The position numbers were made by a program, and so were the translations under genes. The notes beneath the pieces were generated by a model. It was given only the letters and a program-made list of their open reading frames with translations. It searched no databases and was not told the origin of the DNA. 64,000 bases of DNA. It comes from Eledone cirrhosa (Eukaryota). Positions 24,018 through 38,667 of this stretch are shown piece by piece. The DNA lies in NCBI GenBank assembly GCA_964016885.1, contig OZ024742.1:144708001-144772000 (forward strand). Reading direction: 5' to 3'. Positions within the stretch are counted from its first letter, which is position 1, and the number at the start of each line of letters is the position of its first letter.

Positions 24018-27000
24018 TCAATATAACTCAATAATGAACTCAATATAACTCAATAATGAAAGTGTGAAACCATTACAAATAACAACACTAAATGAGATGT
24101 CTCCTAGATTTGACATGCAATCAACACGTGTCTAGGTTATCTTGTAGCCAGTCCGACCATCAACAACAAACAACAGCAATACACAAAGAGCCCTGCCACC
24201 GAGAAATATGGCACCACCTGTCACAACAGACTATATCTCACAGTCATGTTAACCACAACATCAAACTACTGGCAATGATACTTAGGATGCTCCAATGGAA
24301 CAACCAATGGAACTCACATTGAAGTGTTCTGATATTTTAAAGAAAATTTTATTTGTTTACCTATCATTTCCTATAAACCGTGTAGAGTTATCTTTTCATT
24401 TTTTTCCCGAATTTTTCAAAGTATATAGAAAACTTATGGTCATTCTGTATATCCATGCAGCTTATATTTAAAGATTTCGAAGTCAGCTTTAATTACCGTT
24501 TTTTTTTGTTTTTTTTTCAATTAGAAGCCTTTGCTGAGATATAAATACTGAAGTTTAAATACTTTCAACTATTCTACCGTACATACACCCACACACAAAT
24601 ATACACAGACATTGAAAACACAAACACACACACACAAACACACACATGAACTCTCACATACACCCACACACAAATACACACAGACATTGACAAACACAAA
24701 CACACACATGAACTCTCACATATACACACATAAATAAACAGGCACACGTACATGCGCACACAAAAATTATTCTTATGCAATTCAGACATCCGAGAATAAC
24801 TACACCTATGATTCCGTGCAAAGCCCACCTCACAAGTTTTACAGTACGTCATCCAGTATCTGTCTTTGCACGAACTCATTAGTTCTATGCTACCTTATGC
24901 CTTTCTTCTCCTTCATTTCTCCACTGCGAATCTTCCAAATGACTTTAAGTTCCAGTATGATGATTTGTTTTAAGACTGCAATGTGATGATCATGTATGGC
25001 CAGAGAAAATTTGGTGCTAAGTACTGTGGAATTTTAAAATCTTGCCCAGATTGACAGAGCTGAACAACGACTTACCAGCAAACACGCTGTCTTAATATTA
25101 CACCGGATATATATATATATATATATATATCTATATCTATATATATATATATATAACATTTATATATATAGATATATATACATATTTATATATATATAGG
25201 TATCTATATATATGGATGCATACATTTATATGAATGAGTATTTGTATACATGTATACACACACACACTCACACGTGTATATATATATATATATACATACA
25301 CACATGGGGTAGGGGTGAACTTTCAGTCAACGATAGAATGCATGTTTATACAGATGCCTGATAAGTTTTCTTTACAACATATTGTTGAAAATATATATAT
25401 ATGTGTGTGTGTGTGTATATGTGTGTTTATGTATTGGTGTCATGCAGATATGTACATATTAATAATGACCTTATCTATCTGCTTCTTCGCATATTCACAG
25501 AAGATCGTTTGAACATTTGTGTGTAGCAATACAGAACAACGATACATTTGAGAATTTTTATTTCCACTAACAGAAGGACCAAACTAGTAGTAAGACACTT
25601 TAACACTCACACAATGCAAATTAAAGGCGCGTGGTTAGAGTGTACGATCGTAAGGTCGTGTGTTCGATTTCCGATAGCATGTAGTATCGTTGAGCCAATC
25701 ACTTTATGTCACGTTGATCCTGTCCACACAGCTGGAAAAAAATTAGTTGTACTCGTAATTCAAAGAGACGGCCATATCATACACTGTGCCATGATGAATC
25801 TCCATGAGAATTTCATAAGAAGTGAACATTTTGAAGAATGTTGAGTCACTTGTACGAGCAGTATGTTCCATTGTTCAAACAACTGAAATAATTGTCGTCG
25901 CAACAGAAGATGGTTCAACTCCTATTTTACAAGCCATTACCTTTAGTGTCATATTTTATTAACAGTTATTTTATAATCATATTTTATTAACAATTTATGG
26001 CCTTTTATATTCTGAGATCAAATCCCGCTGTAGTCAGCTTGACTTCTCATTCTTCTACAGACGATAAATTAAAGTGCGCGTCAATTAGTAGGGTTGATAT
26101 ACCAGACAACCCCCCCCCCCCCCCACTCCTTAAATTGTAAGCCTTGTGTCTATGGTAGAAATTAATGTTGGCTGTTGTTTAACCCCATGGAAGCTTTGAT
26201 ATCACAGAATCATTATCGAAAGTTTTCCAACCATAATCATTCTGATTTTTGTTCAGACATCATGTTTTTAGGACTACATTATGCAATACGTGATCTTTTT
26301 TTTTTTCATGGCGGTAGGTTGATCTGCTAATCCTATCAAATCCAGCACCAGCAATTAGGTAAAGGCCCATTTATTAGCTTCTTACATTGGCATAATGTTA
26401 AATATTTGTAGAAAAGAAGGTGAGCTGATTGAATGAATGCCTAATACTTATTTTTATCGATTCGTCTAAAATGAGTAGCCAAATCTGCTTCAAATCCAAC
26501 TGCACCGTCTTAAAATATGTATGACGATAAATTTCATATTGTAGTATTTGATATATTACGTCTGAATGGCTGGCCTATATCTAAAAAACTGCAGCAACTC
26601 TGGTAAAGTCGATGCTAACGGTATTATAACTAAGACTGTTCTGCAAAGTGGAAATTAAACACTTTTAAGAACTTTTATTTAAACCACTCTCTCACCTTTG
26701 CAATATTAAGACAATACACAACGGCACATTTTCCAGTAATAAAATACAGCTAGAATCTACAACTACATTGGTTAAGTATTAAGTCGGATCAAGTTGCATT
26801 GCAGATAATATTGTATAAAGATCTTCCTGTAAATATTTTTCTAAGTAAAATGTCCCTTAACTGGCTATTGTTGTTATTATTATTGTTGTTGTTAGCCTCA
26901 AATCATCTCTAACTAAACAGACCGACTAACAAGTATACCAGATGTTACTATTTTGTCTCTTTGCAATGTAGTGTGTATCTAGGATCATATTGTTTAACCT

Positions 27001-28694
27001 GTCCTTTGCCTTTTGTAATTTGGGGGAGATTTGGCTTCTATTTCTAGCAAGTTGATAATAGGCGATGGTATAATCGGTTGACCTAATCGTATGATATCAA
27101 CCGTACTTACCTTATCACACACAGATTATGGAATGGAAGTTGAACCTTCTTGGGCGTTGGGTGAGAGCATTCTTTATGTTACGGTCGGATTAATGTATGC
27201 TTGGTGAAATGATTCTACATGTAATTTCTCATCAAAATCAATGTATGATATTTTAGGAGCAGCCTCAACGTCCTTCATAAGCAATCGCATATAAAGCTGT
27301 TATTCTAACGGAATAATCCTGTCGTCTAATTAATGTTTCATAAAAACAAAGGTAGATATCCCTGAAGAGATGAAAGGTCACTGCTTGTTAAATATACTTT
27401 GGAATAATGCCATAGATTGACAAACATTTCCCCGTAAATGATTTACCTAAGCAAATATGTTTGATTTAACACGTTTCTTACTCACACTGAATTACTTAGC
27501 AGTTTCTACCGAACTAAACAAACAAAGAAGAAGAATTTTAAATGGAATATGCAATGTTATTGAAAAGTAAGCAATCTCAGTTAATGTAAATCTGACAAAT
27601 AATAAAAATAAAAAGCCGAGCTATTAAATATTTGTCTCAAAGTCTACAATTGATCCAATTCTCTGAAGTGCTACAAAAATATCGCGAATATTGATTAAAT
27701 TTGCAGAATCTTTAGTGATGTTATTACCAAATACATAGAATATAGTGTGTAAATAATATTATCTTCAAAGAGGATATTAGATAAAGTCTGACTTTTGCCT
27801 GAGTTGAATTTAGCTTTCATCCATCCGGAAGTTGATAAACCAAGTACCAACAACACACTGGGGGAGGAGACAATGATTGAATATACACTGAAATTGCAAA
27901 AATCCAACTTTATTACTTTCCCAATGAAATCAATATTTTCCTTTAAAAATCGAAACATATTCGTAGTGAAGTGTAAATGTTTCAATTCCAGTGTGTAGCC
28001 AAGATGATTCACTTGAACTGCAAATATTTTTGAGAATTAAAGCGTTCTTGCAATACTACTTTCAGCTTAAGAAAGAAATTTATATATTTCACATAAGAAA
28101 TACGAAATATTAAGAAAGAAATTTATATCTTCTCCAAAGTTTTATATTCTAATTTCCAGCTTCAATGTGTTGTTACTTTAACTGTAAATTGAAACAACTT
28201 TTCCATTTGTAGGCTAGTAATTATGTTTTATAACATATGCAAAAATACAACGATTTATAAAGTGGAGTAGAATCTAAGGTGTTTATCCCTATCTCAAGGT
28301 CATTAGTGGTATAAGTAACACGAACTAAAATGTAATTGCTTCGAAGAAATGAAAGTCAAGCTACCTCCGGCTCTTTGTAGGTTTAGTTATATATAATAAA
28401 AAGTTGAGGTTGTAACAGCAATTCACTACGCGTTAGTCTCTTTCTGAACAAGTAAACATTTCCTATATTTTAAGGAAGTGGAGTTTATGCAGAGTTCATG
28501 TCTTTCCAATGAGTATTACAAGTGCAAATGAAGCAAAATAGTTCCATCTGGGAATCGAAACCGTCACATACACTCCGCTTGCTGATAGCATACTTTCAGC
28601 ATTAAAGAACTATCGTTACAAATATCGACCTCCTAGAAATTCATGGAAAAAGTAGAAGCAAAGCAATTTAATGTGTGTTTTCATGCATGTTGGT

Positions 28695-28970
28695 CCCGTA
28701 ACCCCTGATGGAGTCGTAGGGGTGCCGCAGTGGCATACGGCGTTTCTAGGGCATTTTAAGCTTGGCGGAGCCTATCCAGCTCCAGGTCTGAACGCAGCAG
28801 ATTTCTTCAAGAGAAAGAATTGACCCCAATACTACACTAGCAATTACTTTATCGACCTCGAAAGGATGAGAGGCAAAGTTAACCGCGGCAGGATGTGAAC
28901 TCAGAGAACTGGAACGAATACAGCAAAGCATTCTACGTGACGTTCTAATGACCCCGTCAATTCGTCGCCT
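28695..28970 (-). mobile_element. SINE variant with an extended tail (GAAGAAATC.GCTG.GTTCAGAC...CGACTCC..CAGG.GTTAC)
   Basis: The same tail occurs at ~3200-3300, 37870-38160 (-), 38920-39110 (-) and 40235-40625 (+). Confidence 0.6.
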
Positions 28971-30804
28971 ATGTATTTTCAAAGAATCTCTAAACATATA
29001 TATACTCTATATATAATACAATCATACAGGTTGTGCAGACGTGGCCGTGTGGTTCAGACGTTCGTTTCATTGTCATGTGGTTTTCGGTTTACCCTTTTTG
29101 AATGGCATCCTGAGAAAGTATCATATATGCCTTTGGGTTGAACGATACTTTGTGAGTAAAATTTTGGTGAACGGAAACTGTGTATATGTGTATATATACC
29201 AGTGAGATATATTGATGTCAGTAAGAAAATTGGCAATGAACTGGTGCATCGAACAAAAGGACGTAACGTTGTTTATTCCACCTGACTTGAACTGACAATC
29301 CCTTCTTATTCTTGCTATCAGCGATAGAAGTGAATTAATGATTGACTGGCTAGAAATCTACCACCAACGATGATATCGTTCGTAAATACATACATACATA
29401 CCCGCATACGTATATATATACATACACACACACCTACGTACGTATGTACATACGCTTGTGTGTGAGTGTGTATGTGTGTGTGCGCGAAGTGTGTAAGGAA
29501 AAGGAGTGATCGTGTGTGTGTATCGAATAGTATGGAAAATATTTATTTTGAAATTTTCAACCAGTTTCAGTGTCAGGATCCAAAGAAAACAAAGATAACA
29601 AAGATAAAAAACCCAAACAATATATATATATATATGTGTGTGTTTGTTATATAACATCATAAAAAGAAATCTATTCACACACCTCGTGATTCATAAGACC
29701 GTTATTTAATTCCTGGTTTCTGTAGCCTTAAGCAGCTCTGAAAAGGATAGGCCACCTGTCTATCACAGATGATTGTCATCAAAGCTCTGACGCCTTTTCT
29801 CAATATTAAATCAAGTGAGTAACTAAGAATATAGCAGCGAATTTCAACCTCTTTCAATCCCTGCACTACTAAATAAGTCACTAACGGCGTTACGGCACAT
29901 CATCAGTTTTATCAAAAGTTTTATTATTTATAAAAATATAACGAGTATCAAACTTGTTTAAAAACAGATGTGTGAACGTGTTTTACCTTGCCGCAATGTA
30001 ACACACATGTATCAGTACGATAAATTTAAAACACCAAAATTTCTTAGCACACATGCGGACAACTGTGCCGTGACACAGTCATTGAAGACGTCTGGAATAA
30101 AATATCGTGCTATGGAGCAGAGACACAATCAAACAATATAGAAGCCAGCACAGACCTAGAGCTAAACAACAACAACAACGACAGCCATGAAATACTTAGT
30201 AGGTTTGATAGTTATTACTTCCAGCGCATCTCCCTTACCATACTCCGCGGAAACGCTTTCACCATTCTGTCCGCCGGGACTGTGGGGCGGCCAGCACGTG
30301 GGGCCCCATTTGCTCACTATACAGAGAAATGGGGAGGGCGAGAGAGATGGGGGAAATGATGGTGGGAGTTCAGCTCTTCCGTGTTCGGACACATTGCACC
30401 TGTCAAGAGTGTATATTGATGTACTTATAGCTGATATTTCTAAACCACCTTAGTTTTCTTTTCTTCATTTTTATTCTGTGCTGTACTGCACATTGATCCA
30501 TCCTAGGACGCTTCTAGAAGGATATCAGGTTTTTCTATGTGAGGTGGTTTCTCGATTTTTACTCGTCTTCTTGAGAAAAGGACACTGAAATTAATCTCCC
30601 ACAACACTTCACGGTGCAATACATCAATTCCCAGAAAGAGAGAGAGAGATAAGAGAGAGCGACAGAAACAGAGATAAGAGAGAGAGAGAGAGAGATAAGA
30701 GAGCGCGACAGAAACAGAGATAAGTGAGATAAGAGAGATAAAAGAGAGCGACAGAAACAGAGAAGAGTGAGAGAGGGTGAGAGAGAGAGAGAAAGAGTCG
30801 GCCC

Positions 30805-30988
30805 TGTTGGCAGTATCGATGGAGGGTCAGACGCCATGCTTTCCGGAATAGTTACGTCCCTTTACGGTCTGAATTCAAATCCCGCCGAAGTTAACTTTGC
30901 CTTTCATCCTTACGGGGGTCGATAAAATAAAGTACCAGTAATACACTGGGGTTATTGCTGGCCTTGTGTCAAAAGTAGAAACAATTAT
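30805..30988 (+). mobile_element. SINE following a (GA)-rich tract (30635-30797)
   Basis: Family motifs. Confidence 0.8.
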
Positions 30989-31079
30989 ATTTATCGCCCA
31001 CAGCATGATGAATGCGAAATAAGGCGAAATAGATTATTGTCGTGATCATGTATTTGGCAATAACATGTGGTCGATCGTT

Positions 31080-31330
31080 CTACTAGATATATCAGTTACC
31101 GCGCTCTGATTGATCGACAAGATACCAGATTTCATTCGCTTGCCGGTCCATCGAAACAATGTTTCAATTGCTATTTCCATTGCTGATTCTATCTACCGGT
31201 CGCAACTCCTGACAGGAGGAACGTGAAATAAAGTGTCTTCCTCAAGGACACAACGCATCACCCGGTCCGAGAACTGAACTCGCAATCTCACGATTGCGAA
31301 TCCAACTCTCTAACCATAAGCCACTCGCCT
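31080..31330 (-). mobile_element. Older tRNA-derived SINE of a second family
   Basis: CTCAAGGACACAAC core with tRNA-like boxes on the - strand; related fragments at ~25620-25920, 33840-34360 and 38440-38640. Confidence 0.5.
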
Positions 31331-32710
31331 TACTATACTTCTCTAAAACTACATCCTACTGTCTTAAAAACCGGTATCACAAATTGGATAATGTAATCAT
31401 TACAATGCCCGAAAAAAAAAAAAAAGATGGTGTAAGCATGGTCTTTGATCCTAGGTCTCTTCAGTTAGGGTTTATTTCAGGCTGCTAAATAACATGAGTT
31501 GTGTGCGGTGTTTATCGAAATCATGTCGCAATCATAGCTTGGCCACAAACTTACGGCTTGCTAAAACACTGCCTCTTTTAAAAATTCGAATATAAATTCG
31601 ACTAATTTCTCTGACATAAAAGTAAAGTAAGGCTTACTAATTAAAATAAGGTAATTAGGCGTTTTCAAAATTGCGTGAAGAATGTATGTCGATAACATCT
31701 CTTACTGAGAAAAATTCTGAAATTGCAGCTTTAACACCACCCACTAACCCCCATACGAAAGAAGAAATGTTCTGAATACTCTTGTTGAATGATATATGGA
31801 ATCCTAGAAATCCTTCGTTCTTCTTTCTTCTTTGTACTTCATATATTTTATTTCCTCTCTCTCTCTCATTCCTAATTCTGTCTATGTAAAGTTAAGAATA
31901 TTTGTACGGAATTCATAGCTTCATCCCAATCAGTTTTGGTAATCGGATGGGGGCGGGACATAGATTGATAGATAGAAAAAATGAGGGGTATAAAGATAGA
32001 GGAAAAACCATGCAGACAGGCAGAGATTGAAGGAGAGAGTCGAGGGTGAGATAATATTTAGATGAGCTGGTTGCTAATGCTGCTATATGAACACTGTGAT
32101 TTCTAATTCCATTGAGCTCAACTTTTGTCATTTCAGGGTCGATAAAAGACTGTACCAGTCCAGAACGGTGGTTTGGCGTTATCGTTAGAGCGTCCGATAT
32201 GACGCCTTGTGGTATTTTCCCCGGTTCGTTACTTTCTTAGTTTTGGGGTAATAGACTTCATCCATCACTCGGCTTAGCATCACCACCTGGCCCTTTAGTA
32301 ACTTCAACTGAATTCATTCTGTTACGAGCATTCGGCCCAGTTCTATGGATAAATTCTCCGCTTCTTCCTATTAGCTTCACAGGCCCTGAAAAATAAATCG
32401 TCCAGGACGCTGAACTTCCGTCTATGACTAAATCTTTAAAATAGTACCAGGTAATTCCTGGGATCGATCTAATCAATTATATCTATTCTCCGAATGCGTT
32501 ACAAATCAAGATGGCGTGTAAACTATTTGGATGGGAGGAGAATTAGCAGAAATATGCTGTATTTGACAATCTCTTGGATTGTACCCTGCCGTGCTGCATA
32601 TCGAGTCGCCTTGGTCGGTTTTAGTAGCATATCATTATTTTTTTTAATAGAGAAAAGTTGTTTCATCACTCATTGAACACTTCACCATTTTTGGCGGTAC
32701 AACATAGCCG

Positions 32711-32765
<55 letters not shown>

Positions 32766-33049
32766 TGCAGACAATCAGACAGACAAGCAAGCAGACAGTC
32801 GGGCAGGCAGGCAGACAGAGAAAGAGAAATTGCCTTCCTCTAATACTTAAAAGTTGAAATCAGTGGGATTTTAACTCTGGGTGCATGGATTCAGAATAAA
32901 TTCTGCAATATATTCTTTAACAACTTTACTACCTCACTGCATCACAATTTAATCTACTGCATTTGTATAATGAATTGAAACTCTTCTAAGGTCGACTTAA
33001 TGTGTTATTTCTACTGTAATAGCAATATTTCATTTCAAAATATCGGCAG

Positions 33050-33265
33050 TTCTCAGAAAGTTTATGGGCAAGCCTGTGACAGTGGAGACTCCCGACGTGC
33101 TTGACCCCCGGACCACATCCTGACTCGCTCGTATCGGAGTTGACTACCCGCGTGTGAGCCCTAAGAGGTGGAGTGGCTGTTCCAGTGCGTCTCCCTTCTG
33201 GGGCAAGTCTTCTCCATCCTGTCTGACGGGATCACGAGGGTGACAGGCCCTTAAGCTTCATTTAT
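33050..33265 (+). pseudogene. Decayed 3' end (RLE C-terminus) of a CRE-clade element
   Basis: PVTVET and EVEWLFQ.VSL..SIL motifs; homologous to 36655-36830. Confidence 0.5.
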
Positions 33266-34085
33266 AGTGGTGACATGTAGAATAGGTTTACATGTATAAA
33301 CAAGAGAAGGTTGAGAAGGTTTAAGTTTTACTGTTACTAAACGAGGGTCAGTTGAAAAGTTCATAGGCTGACCAAGATACTCTCAAGGAATGACCAAATG
33401 AGGTTTATTTTTCAACATTTCAGTCCCCGAAAAGAAACAATGTAGATATTAATAAGAGTTGAAATTAATGCATGTAAGATTTCACAGCACTAGCATTACT
33501 CCATGATAGTCAGTGTATGAACTTTTCAGCCTATCCTCGTATTTATTTCACATAACTATTGGGTCGTCAAGTATGCAATTTGTAGAAATTTCTAGAAAAA
33601 AAAAGAAATTTCTACAAATTTCATACTTGACTATCCAATATATTGATTTCTACTATAGATACAATGCTATAGTTTGTTTTTTTCTGCTGGCGGAGTCTGA
33701 TGTCGATTAAATAGATGTGAACAGTGTTTAACTGATGCTTATATTTTCGAACTCACAGGAAGATGAACGGTAAAGTTCGGTTGGATTCACTCAAATGATT
33801 TAATACTACTGGAACAGTAGTATCAAATCAGTAGCAAGTATGGAATGGACCTCCGTCGGTTTCAACGATGAGTGTTCCAGTTGATCGATCAACGGAACAG
33901 CCTGCTCAAGAAATTAATATGCACTTGACTGACATTCCACAAGAGTGTATTATCTTTAACATCATTCTCAGGGGGATTCAGTGACACAGTGAATTACAGG
34001 TACAGTCCAATTGACGGGCTTCCAAGCAGTTAGCATCTACCCAGTTTCACTCACAAGGCTTGGATCGAGCTCATGGTAAATGATA

Positions 34086-34259
34086 CAAACCTGCCAACCT
34101 CTAAAAACCCAAAGTGCACCAAAACGGGGAGGAATGAGGCAAAATGGGGAGATTTTACATAATGAAAGCTATACCCATTTTCACAAGAGAAGACATCTCT
34201 CACCCATCCCAAAATGGGTGGGAGATCTCCCCGTCGGACGGGGAGAGTTGACAGGTCTG
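34086..34259. mobile_element. MITE with CA(A/G)ACCTG(C/T)CAAC TIRs (P-element-like), copy 1
   Basis: 13-bp TIRs; 7-bp TSD AATGATA/AATGGTA. Confidence 0.65.
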
Positions 34260-35964
34260 AATGGTACTTGTCGAAGATGCCAAGCAGTGGGATCGAACCC
34301 TGGACTTCATGATTGCGAAACAATTTTCTTGATCATTCGGCTGTGCTATTTCCACTAGTAGTAAATATACAATTGATTATATAACCGCCTTCTATAAAAA
34401 AAAAATGACCTTTTGCCTAGTCCAATATGTTATATACACTTTTCTTTCTTCTAAGAAACCAACTAGCGAACATCAATAAGAAAGCGACACCCACCCTTAA
34501 AATGATTCCATTTTTAATCTATTTATTTGTTTTTTGTTTGTTGTTTTACTTTTTAATCAATAATGAGTTAAAAGCAGCAGTATCATATTTAATTGAATTT
34601 TATTTTATTTTATATATTTATTTATTTATTTTTTGTTGCGTACACCTCAAAGAGAAACAGTCTTTCTTTCTAAGTAGAATAGACAAGAAAACAACAACAG
34701 TAACTGCAGCAATAACAACAACAAAAAACAATAATAATAGTATAAAAATATCATCATCATCATCATCGACAACAACAAAATAGTGATAATGATGAAAACT
34801 GCTTTTTAAAATTAAAAGGAATAAAACAAAGAATAACATGTCTAACAAGGCTGAGATATGACATTGTAACTAACTACCAAAGAAAAGTAATTGTATTAAT
34901 AGCGAATTTATTAAATTAGTATGGAGCATCATTTTTTGTTTGGTTTGCTTTTGTATATTAGTTTTCTTTCTTCTTTTTTCATCTCTCGAATTTTCTTCAA
35001 TATTATCTAAACTTCTCTTCACGCCCTACTTTTATTACACTGTTCACTGAACAAGTATTTTTTTCCTCGTGACTCTCTTCTACCATATCTTGACTTGGCT
35101 GGTTTAATATTGGTTAATAGTTGAGATACTTCTTGCATTTACTAAAAGGTACTGCATGCAACGAGTCAATATTTCTACTACCTACAAATTAGTTAAGAAT
35201 TTCGTTTCGCAATTCCATGGGCTTGATTCTACTGCGAAGTACAATGCACAAATGTCATATATATAAATCTCAGGTCTGTAAATGAAATTTGAGAGACGGA
35301 AGCTGTGTAATATTTCGTTGGAGATTCCATTCTTCTTCTTAGGTGGTAGATTTAATCTGTCACCTTATTTGACACCATCACTTAGTCCTTGGGCTCCTTT
35401 AGCGAAACCACCTCTGTTACGACCATTCAGGTTAGATTTACGACCCGAGGATAGCGTTTTGGCCCTCTCACCAATCTCGAAACTTTTGAAAAAAAAAGAA
35501 GGTAATGTATGCTGCCCTTCCTCTCCTGACTAAGCCATAAATAATTAAACATATGGCCTCCGAACTACATTCAGAATTAATGCATAAAACAAACTAAGAA
35601 TTAATTAGTGTCAGTATCTCGTTTGACATTTGTTTATTCAGCCCATGCTGCATGAATATATGCAACATTTAAAGTAGCCAATAAAATATAGTATCTATGT
35701 TATCTACATAGAGGCAGGCATGACTGTGCAGTTTATAATTTCACTTCGCAGTTACATGGTTTCAGGTTCAGTTTCACTGCGTGGCAGTTAGTATAATTGT
35801 CTTCTTCTATAACCTCGGGCTAACTAATAGCTTGTGAGTGAAATTTGGTTGATGGGGGTCTATGTAATTGATTATAAATGCACCCCCGCCCTAGTGAAAT
35901 TGAGGCATTTTGCCTATGTAAGAAATCAATATTCTTTTCATGTTCCGAGGCAAGTACGAGAGAC

Positions 35965-36865
35965 AACTCAAGATATACTTTGGGGATTTTCCAAAGAAAC
36001 AGAAAACCGGAGACCAAGGCCACCGTACCTGAGGATAAGGTGGCCTGTTGTCATCCGGTGTCACCAAACTGATCTCAAGGCCGACTCTCGCCAGAGCGGG
36101 AACCGCCAATTGGAGATTGTGACAGACAGTTTCCATAGTTCCGTCTATCGTTGTGGCATCCAGTACCAAACATTGACTGAAGCCATTGTGTTCTGAGCAA
36201 CGTTGTCTACCTCGAGAAAGAAGAGTAGTAGGCCTAAAAGATCGCCTTCTTGAATGCCAGTGGAAGATGATATAATTTTATCCACGGTATGACCCTACGA
36301 CAGTAGACCAAAGGATAGGAAGACGGCCACGGCTGAGGCAAGTCACGAGCAACTGGTCACCGAGCAGATGATTCAAAACATTTCTCACATCAAGCTTGAC
36401 GATGAGTGGGCAGTCGCTGAAGAACTGCCTAACGGCGTGGTGGGCTGGAACAAGCGGATGGCAGAAAGACCAGATTTCATCATGATTTTCCAGTTCTGCG
36501 GCGCTAAGATCCTTATCTGTGACGCAACATGCAATTACACCTTCTCCAGCGACAACCTAGTGCATTCAGTGACAGACTCAGGCCTCATTGCTCGACAAGC
36601 CGAAGATAAAAAGCTGTCGAAGTGTCGGCCGTACTCGGATAGATTTGTTGTCAAACCTGAGTGGTGGAGACCACCTCAATATTCACTGATATGAGGGTGG
36701 AGTTGGCCACCCGCAAGATTGTGCCCCATGAGTTGGAATGGTTATTCCAACGCATCTTCGTCATAATCTTCCAAGCCAACACTTCATCCATTCTGACGGT
36801 TGGGATCATGAGGTGGCTAGGAATTGAGGTTCTGCACACCAGAGAACGTCCCCACATACTATTTG
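35965..36865. mobile_element. Decayed CRE-clade non-LTR element with inverted halves: RT on the - strand (35965-36445), RLE on the + strand (36455-36865)
   Basis: - strand: HAVRQFF..IVKLDVRNVLN, SSTGIQEGDLLGLLLF, VNVWY/LDATTIDG. + strand: RPD..ICDATC..AEDKKLSK..VVET..EWLFQR. Confidence 0.7.
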
Positions 36866-38667
36866 TATGATACCAACAACGCTCATACACACACTTTCAC
36901 ACACATACATATGTTGTATAAATATAATATCGTATGAAATATTCCACAATGCTTCTTACTCCCTTGTTCCCCAATCATCATTTAAGAAACGAAATGTTAA
37001 GAAGAGAATTGCCACTAAGAACTGTCAACAGACACTGGGAAACCTACAACTACTGCCCGATGCGCAGTCACACGCGAGATGAATTGAGTAACTGATGTTA
37101 GTGTTAGTACTTTCAATGCAGAGGGTATGAAAATAAATATATGGGGACGGAAAAAGGATTGGTGAACGTTTACAGATTTGATTTCTCTGCGAAGAATTGT
37201 TCACATAAATCTTATAAATGAAATTGCTTTGAATAAATAGTGAACACAATTTGTTATGAATTACGATAGACGTTGGTAATGTAGGTAATATAAAGGCCGT
37301 AGCTTTGAAAAACGACTTGCGAAAAGACTTTAATATGGAAATCAATCATCGTAGTTTCTGTATTCGATGATAATGTGATGTAACATGAGCAATCCAACCT
37401 CACCATGGCAATAGCCTGTAGCGTCCACGGATGGAGTTTAAAATCGAACAGTTTTCTGTAATCCTGCCAAATTGGTACAATATTTCTTTGTTCTTGCTAC
37501 TTCACTTCAAATAATTCAGATTTATCATGAGTTGCTACACTGACACATATTCAAGCACACACACAATTTCACAAACTCGCGAATACGAATACGCCTACAC
37601 ACTCACATAAATAACTAACTATACACATACATATCTACGTACTTATTACAAGCACTATTTTTCTTCCACTTGCCGGCACGTCAGTAACAATATTATTGAC
37701 TTCGTAATGGTCTAAGAGAAATTGGTTTAGACAGCCTTGGTATAATGTGCATATATGATTTTCTCACGCGATTGTACCATAACTTTTATCATACTTCGGT
37801 CAATGTTTCGTTACTAACGTTATATTGATACAGCAGTGTTTTCTGTACAATATTTTCTTTCTTTTTCTACCTGTAACTCCTGGGGGAGTCGAAGGAGCAC
37901 CGTTGAGACATACGGCGTTTCTCGGGCATATATTTTTATAACCGGGAGCAGCTCCTCTACTTCTCCACGTCTGAACACAACTGATTTCTTCCAGTGAAAG
38001 AGACCGAATGATAGGGTAGAAGTGCGAAAGGGGTATAGAGGAAGAGTGGACTCCAGTACTCAACTCGTTCCTTTTTTTTTTTTTTTATCAACATCGAATG
38101 GATGAAAAGAAAATTTGACCTCGACAAAATTAGAACTCAGAGCGCGGAGATCCGGAAGGAATTTTACGAATATCATTTAAACACATTCGTTTCTGAAACA
38201 CAATAAGAACAATAACAGCTGCAACAACAGTAAAAAGTCACAAAGAGAGTATCTACGGGGTAGTTCAACATGCTAGAAATAGCAGCCAAATCTCCCTCAA
38301 CTAAAATCTAAATAATGTGCTCCGAGGCATAATTTAAAATTCCCAAGGTCGGAATATTTGTTATCGTACGTCTACCTATTCGGGACGTAAATAACAACAA
38401 TAATTACAACAGTGTAATATATATATTATGTAGCAAATGTGGGACCTCAGTCGGTTTCGACGACGAATGTTCCAATTGCTCGATTAACTGAACAACGTGC
38501 TCGTGAAATTACGTGCAAATACCTGAATATTCCAGCGTAATTCTCCGAGATTCAGCGTGACATAGTGTGTGAAAAGGCTGGCCCTTTGAATCACAAAGTA
38601 CAACACATCTTTGCCAGCTTAATAAACTGGGGCAATGTGAATCAAACAGCTCTATATATCATAACAG

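Noticed and set aside
24330-28690. Search for host exons in the less repetitive interval
   Set aside because: Only short ORFs, SINE fragments and microsatellites; no recognisable protein motif.
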